Positions 62,301-64,000 of a stretch of DNA of 64,000 nucleotides are shown in pieces (position 1 is the first letter of the stretch; each line of letters starts with the position of its first letter). The notes below the pieces were generated by a model that was given only the letters and a program-made list of their open reading frames with translations, ran no database searches and was not told where the DNA came from. The stretch lies in contig CM120641.1 of assembly GCA_051362555.1 (NCBI GenBank), positions 46,940,401-47,004,400 on the forward strand, given 5' to 3'. Position numbers and translations under genes: made by a program. This DNA comes from Lingula anatina (Eukaryota > Animalia > Brachiopoda).

Positions 62301-64000
62301 CAAAGCGCCCCAGGGGATTAAGGCACGCCATGGCGCTCACAACCTCCCGTTCTGAAGTTTTTGAATTTAATATAAGAAAACGGGCGGAATTATTTGTCTT
62401 CCAAACTTCTCCTTGAGCACCTCTCTAGGTGCCGTATCGAACTGTATTCAGGGCGTAGTTTACGTGTGTTTATCCCACAACAGTTACTTGCACATATTCT
62501 ACAGAATTTTGCGAACTCGTTTAAATCTAATAGTGGATTTATATTACACATCTGATTTTCACATTCGGTTAAAATTAGAACTAATATACGACTGGGTGTA
62601 TGTACTTAAAAACACGCAAAAAAGTACTCACGCTTATTTGTGTAGTTATGAATGCAAGATAACGCCTCTCCGATATGAGGCCTTGCTTCCTCCAGGCTTA
62701 CATAAACGGTCTTTTGCTACAAAATATAATGAAAACAAGTGCGGAAAAATTTATAATATACTGTGGGAACAATGGCTTTGGTTCATACTTTGCGTAGTGT
62801 AACTATCGTACAATAATTAGACAAGTCTACTGCATCGCACTGTATGTACAGTATACATGTGTGTGCGCACAGAAGCTATATAAAGCACAATCAACATTAG
62901 TATTACTTGCAGGCTTAAAACCGACAACAAAAATATATCCACTGTCCATTTACACTGTACAATAATAATAATAATAAACGGTTCTATAAAAATACAATGT
63001 TTACTAAAGTCCAATGAAAAGTTGGTTTGTTAACGGCCATCAAACAGTTTGTGTGTCAAAACGCATTGTGGCCAAAGGTGGTTTAATTGTGCCCCAAAAG
63101 TAAAGATGCATTTTTTACAAATAACATATACATGTACGCAGGGCTAAAACATTCAAAATTTCATCGGCTATGATGAGATAAATGGGTGTACCTTTGGAAC
63201 TTCAATACTATCCTTAGTCAGACCACTTAACGTAGCATGTGTGTATTCCTTTGGTGCCAACTTTCTGTAATATAGCATTTACACTAAACGTTAAAACAAA
63301 TAAAACAGACGGCCTGTAAGGATTGACAGTCTTTGAAAGCATTTTGAAATATGATACATTTCGTAATTAAAACTCTTAAATGTAAAATTCAGACATACGT
63401 GTCTTTTTGACGAAATCGCGGGATAAGAAAAACGTTGTTGAATGATCGCCTGCTTTTACTCCACACCTTTTTTCTTATCGAAAGCTAACCTGCTACCTCC
63501 ACATAATTACCTTTTCTTTTTTAATTGAACTTCGCTTCTGGACGTTGTTTCAATATCCGGGAAATCTACAAGCAAATAAAATATTGTTAATCTTATCAGG
63601 GGGACATGGAATAATACATATATAATCATTTCATCAGATCGTAGATAAATAAATTGAATTTAATTAGTTGCAAAATGAAATGTGCTCAAGATTCTGTAGT
63701 GGTGAGTAGCTCAATCTTGTTGTCGCCGGAAGAGGAAAAAGAGCGGGTTGCTTATAAACTGACCTTTAACAGAAGTTGCCAACAATGAAATAAGAGTGAC
63801 AACTAACAAGATAAGACTGAAGAACGGTATCAAGGGAATATTGCAGGCGAGAAGCGGCATATTGTATACACATGTTTTGTACATGTGTGCATTTCCGGCA
63901 GAATGGCCAGTCGTTATAAAATATTTTCGTGTCAGAAGATTAACCTTATACTTACCGCCACTAATATCTTCTTTTATGATACTCTCTCCTGGCACAGGTG
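37963..64000 (-). CDS. Gene B: giant type-I membrane protein (lipid-transfer/vitellogenin-like N-region, LECT2/M23-like, PAN, FN3-like repeats, GH16-like, cadherin-like, EGF, TM, acidic tail); 5' end lies beyond the right edge
   Basis: 40 exons (~14.5 kb): >64000-63956, 63511-63565, 63192-63264, 62632-62716, 61971-62257, 61663-61717, 61221-61364, 60632-60855, 60240-60369, 59945-60123, 59558-59703, 57323-57661, 56935-57077, 56731-56801, 56419-56585, 56139-56305, 55693-55867, 54026-54612, 53603-53880, 53186-53389, 52854-53063, 52522-52664, 52160-52319, 51697-51767, 51340-51497, 49846-51051, 49521-49615, 48797-49336, 48431-48608, 48075-48259, 47276-47961, 42292-47164, 41794-42090, 41590-41676, 41259-41306, 40947-41091, 40539-40681, 40174-40256, 38598-39724, 37963-38446. 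Phases agree except for a 1-nt discrepancy in 60240-60369. Confidence 0.85.
38598..39724 (-). CDS. Gene B exon: cadherin-like/bacterial Ig-like domain, EGF pair, transmembrane helix
   Basis: NNPP..EDQ..DPEDD..P.HG..LTYIP..DFSGTDTVTV..V.GTNDP; CLCDPGYHGQRCESEINECAAEPC; LPVTCVFLLFAGISLLVGAFLF followed by KKK stop-transfer. Confidence 0.9.
42292..47164 (-). CDS. Gene B single 4,873-nt exon: tandem FN3-like repeats (W..F.D.ES.I..Y...G...G..D; Y..V.A.N.AG; DTTPP)
   Basis: ORF 42260..47185 (1641 aa) with recurrent repeat motifs. Confidence 0.92.
47276..49615 (-). CDS. Gene B exons: further FN3-like repeats
   Basis: WGGFHDPESGIDHY, WKGFYDPESGIDRY, WDGFHDDETDI, DTTPP/DLTPP motifs in five in-phase exons. 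Confidence 0.88.
49846..51051 (-). CDS. Gene B exon: beta-strand region, furin site RRKKR, FN3-like domain and PAN/Apple domain
   Basis: ORF 49830..51101; PAN pattern CAKTCLDFGLKCVAFDYDYKTTTCDL. Confidence 0.88.
53911..53935. repeat. (AC)n microsatellite
   Basis: Direct reading. Confidence 0.85.
54026..55867 (-). CDS. Gene B exons 55693-55867 and 54026-54612: degenerate LECT2/peptidase M23-like domain
   Basis: RSDCDKGCGCGKF..PGIDV..KVECPVTGNV..ISAGDTIG..NFIHVAM..YVDPTPYI matches the LECT2/M23 layout. Confidence 0.75.
54905..55002. mobile_element. 98-bp MITE with 25-bp TIRs (CCCAGCAG...CTGCTGGG) and 2-bp CA target duplication, nested in an older repeat
   Basis: TIRs differ at one position; CA at 54903-54904 and 55003-55004; internal ACGTTGATT repeats. 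Confidence 0.75.
55033..55238. repeat. 103-bp tandem duplication (2 copies) inside a GATTCGTG/CACGAATC-rich repeat element
   Basis: 55033-55135 vs 55136-55238, fewer than ~10 mismatches. Confidence 0.85.
57760..59090 (+). mobile_element. Degenerate, internally deleted non-LTR retrotransposon (RTE-like LINE), antisense in a gene B intron
   Basis: Endonuclease motifs ILDDFNAKAG, GTIGYFGKDEMNSNG, SWRHPRSKHPHLLD; LKAIYGP; RT motifs ILPDSQCSFRSGRSRVDMVFNLRQLQEK, KAFDTV, VKQECI; many stops and frameshifts. Confidence 0.85.
59320..59354. repeat. (TA)n microsatellite
   Basis: Direct reading. Confidence 0.9.
60240..62716 (-). CDS. Gene B exons: alpha-helical superhelix of the large lipid transfer (vitellogenin/MTP/apolipophorin N-terminal) module
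   Basis: LFIDLIIRLETKEAQ, LKSPTSDLI, RACLAVGSLAR, VLLEAIGNAGSP.SI..I, RRTAVNALR match LLT helical-domain motifs (LxALGNAG, RxxAxxALR). Confidence 0.75.

Overview
Metazoan (invertebrate-type) genomic DNA with AT-rich introns, carrying two giant intron-rich genes in tandem on the minus strand. Both were rebuilt by hand from GT-AG boundaries and codon phase. Gene A runs from ATG 35694 off the left edge, with 48 coding exons and about 4,460 aa in the window, all phase-consistent. Its order is: signal peptide, F5/8-type C (discoidin), four Bark-beetle/Anakonda-like parallel beta-helix repeats (an SRCR inserted in the third), EGF repeats, IPT/TIG, Ig-like domains, a module resembling giant bacterial surface proteins with a furin-bracketed Cys-rich cassette, then cadherin repeats. 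Gene B enters from the right edge and stops at 37963, with 40 coding exons and about 4,800 aa in the window. Its order is: vitellogenin/MTP-like lipid-transfer helical domain, amphipathic beta and helical regions, degenerate LECT2/M23 domain, PAN/Apple, many FN3-like repeats with a nested degenerate GH16-like domain, cadherin-like/Ig, EGF, transmembrane helix and acidic tail. One exon of gene B has an apparent 1-nt frameshift. Introns and the intergenic spacer hold a decayed Tc1 DD34E element with both ends intact, an RTE-type LINE remnant, several MITE-like inverted repeats and simple repeats. Domain names come from visual motif recognition, not database searches.
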